Of a DNA stretch of 64,000 nucleotides, positions 61,889 to 64,000 are shown piece after piece. Numbering within the stretch: position 1 is the first letter of the stretch; every line of letters starts with the position of its first letter. Under the pieces are notes generated by a model that ran no database searches, was not told where the DNA came from, and worked only from the letters and a program-made list of their open reading frames with translations. Source of the DNA: an uncultured Alphaproteobacteria bacterium (GTDB lineage: Bacteria; Pseudomonadota; Alphaproteobacteria; RF32; CAG-239). Position numbers and translations under genes: made by a program. The stretch is taken from contig CALXUE010000002.1 in NCBI GenBank assembly GCA_944391615.1, positions 57,485-121,484 of the forward strand, in the 5' to 3' direction.

Positions 61889-63498
61889 TATAATTTTCCT
61901 TGCAATGTTTTATAAAAAGTCCACCCTCCGGCATAACTCAAAACATTATCAAACCCACTTTGCATAAGGATTCGAGCCACGACATAACTTGTATACCCCT
62001 TAAAGCAATGTACCATAATCGGCTTATCTTTAGGGAGTTCGTTCAAACGGGAGCGAATTTGCGCTGCCGGAATATTAATGGCTCCATCAATATGCTCTTT
62101 TGCATAAACATTTTCGGGCCGTACATCCAGAACAGTCAAACCGCTAAAATCAGTACCAAAATAAGGTTTCACAAGCCCTTGGCGAACATTTTCAATTGCC
62201 ATACCGATAAGATTGACAGGGTCTTTTGCACCGGAATATGGCGGAGCATAGCAAAGCTCGGCATCACGCAAATCAGCCGTTGTTCCTTTGAGGCGCATAA
62301 TGGTTGCAATCACATCAATCCGCTTATCGATGCCTTCTTTGCCGACCGCCTGAGCACCAAGTATTTTTCCTTCTTGAGTATAGATAACTTTTAAGGTCAA
62401 GTTCTGAGCATGAGGATAATATCCGGCATGAGAGTTAGCGATAATAACCATTTTTTCATAAGCAATTCCGGCTTTTTGCAATTGTTTTTCATTGTTACCG
62501 GTAAAAGCTGCGGTTAGGTCAAACACTTTAACAATTCCCGTTCCTTGTGTTGCGGTATAAGGATATGGATTATTTCCGGCAATATGGTCGGCAATCAAAC
62601 GCCCTTGCCTGTTAGCAGGCCCCGCCAAAGCAATCATAACCTGCTGAACCGACACAAAATCTTTGACTGCCACACTATCACCGCAAGCATAAATATCAGC
62701 AATATTCGTCTGCATAAATTCATTGGTGATAATAGCTCCACGTTCGGTTAAAGCAATACCTGTAGCCTTTGCTAACGCCGTATCAGGCCGAACCCCAATT
62801 GCCAAGATCACCATGTCCGCCTCAACTTTTTGCCCCGAATTAAGCATCACACCATCAGGAACAATTTCCTTTAAGCCATCGGAAAGATAAAGCTTCAATC
62901 CCTTACTTTTCATTTCTTGGTGAATTTGCGCCGCCATATCTTCATCCAACGGCATCAATACTTGAGCAGACATTTCAACTAAAGAGGTCTGGAGTCCGAG
63001 ATGACAAAGATTTTCAGCCACTTCAACACCGATAAACCCGCCACCGACAACAACCGTATTGCGAGGTTTCTTCTCAGCAATAAAAGCCTTTATTTTGTCA
63101 GCATCGGATAAAGACTTAACCACAAAATGAGGCAAATTATCTAATCCGGAAATATTCGGCACAAAAGGCGCAGCCCCTGTTGCCAACACCAACTTGTCGT
63201 ATGCAAATTTTTCACCTTGAACCGTTACAACTTCTTTGGCTGTTGGATTAATCTGCACGACTTCTGAATTAAGATGAATATCGATATTAAATAATTTTTT
63301 CATAAAAGCCGGCGTTGCCACTTGCATTTCATCTCTGCTTTCAATCACATCACCGATAAAATAAGGCAACCCGCAACTGGCAATAGACGTTTCAGCCGTT
63401 TTTTCCAAAATGGTTATTTGCGCTTTTTCATCCAAACGACGCATACGTGCGGCAAAACTAGCTCCGCCTGCTCCACCGCCGACCACAACAACTCTCAT
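61888..63498 (-). CDS. CoA-disulfide reductase with rhodanese domain
   Basis: GGGAGG, SIASCGLPY, GGGFIG, ANRQGR, YAPPYSGAKDP, C-terminal rhodanese. Confidence 0.9.
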   Translation of the reverse strand: MRVVVVGGGAGGASFAARMRRLDEKAQITILEKTAETSIASCGLPYFIGDVIESRDEMQVATPAFMKKLFNIDIHLNSEVVQINPTAKEVVTVQGEKFAYDKLVLATGAAPFVPNISGLDNLPHFVVKSLSDADKIKAFIAEKKPRNTVVVGGGFIGVEVAENLCHLGLQTSLVEMSAQVLMPLDEDMAAQIHQEMKSKGLKLYLSDGLKEIVPDGVMLNSGQKVEADMVILAIGVRPDTALAKATGIALTERGAIITNEFMQTNIADIYACGDSVAVKDFVSVQQVMIALAGPANRQGRLIADHIAGNNPYPYTATQGTGIVKVFDLTAAFTGNNEKQLQKAGIAYEKMVIIANSHAGYYPHAQNLTLKVIYTQEGKILGAQAVGKEGIDKRIDVIATIMRLKGTTADLRDAELCYAPPYSGAKDPVNLIGMAIENVRQGLVKPYFGTDFSGLTVLDVRPENVYAKEHIDGAINIPAAQIRSRLNELPKDKPIMVHCFKGYTSYVVARILMQSGFDNVLSYAGGWTFYKTLQGKL

Positions 63499-63587
63499 CT
63501 TTTCCTCCCGATTTTTGATAAACTCATCACAGTTTACAATAAAAAAACAATCTTTCAAGCAATATTCCTAAGACATTCATGCCTTAA

Positions 63588-64000
63588 TTATTTATTCAAA
63601 ACATCAATAACGACAAACTCTGACTTACAGCCGGTTTTGAATTTCACACGCCAGTCGGAGATACCTGAAGTCACGATAAAATCAGTTTGCCCGCGCCTTT
63701 CATACCCATAAATTTTATCATTAAGCCCCGCCCACAAACTGACATAATTGAACGGGAACAGCTGCCCGCCGTGCGTATGTCCGGACACAACCAAATCAAT
63801 CCCCGCCGCTTGCTCGTTGGCATAATCATTAGGCTGATGGTCCATCACAATCATATATTTGCTTTTATCAAGATTTTGCAACAAAGAAGATATTGACTTT
63901 CTGTCGCGCCCTCGCCTGTTTTCATAAGCATCTTTTCGCCCGATAAGATAAAATTTATCATCAATAAGAATAGCCTCATCTTGTAAAACAAAAATACCAC
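63588..64000 (-). CDS. Metallophosphoesterase (YkuE-like), 5' truncated by window
   Basis: DHQP, SGHTHGGQ, VTSG, SEFV. Confidence 0.85.
   Translation of the reverse strand, partial: GIFVLQDEAILIDDKFYLIGRKDAYENRRGRDRKSISSLLQNLDKSKYMIVMDHQPNDYANEQAAGIDLVVSGHTHGGQLFPFNYVSLWAGLNDKIYGYERRGQTDFIVTSGISDWRVKFKTGCKSEFVVIDVLNK

Overview
AT-rich chromosomal window of an alphaproteobacterium (ccrM, DUF2155, tandem mlaD, sigma54-type flgBC-fliE, yejEF, mgtE), probably an anaerobe (Rnf complex, CoA-disulfide reductase). It spans the replication terminus: a canonical dif site lies at 31921-31948 and GGGNAGGG (KOPS) octamers flip polarity around it. The main accessory element is a complete ssDNA microvirus (Gokushovirinae-like) prophage at 25412-31948 (VP5, VP8, VP3, VP1, VP2, VP4/Rep) integrated at dif without an integrase. 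It has two unusual features. (1) The phage att site overlaps the first codons of a phage gene, so integration separates that gene, and possibly the downstream structural operon, from its ATG, RBS and structured leader, which suggests a recombination-controlled switch. (2) A 720-bp tandem duplication has its junction exactly at a CTTG/ATA rolling-circle nick motif on the antisense strand, as expected for a Rep-generated subgenomic circle. The window also has a Bacteroidota-order rseC-rnfBCDGEA operon, three tRNAs (Lys, Ser, Leu), a tRNA-Ser 3' duplication and many housekeeping genes. All calls come from reading motifs by eye; no database searches were run.
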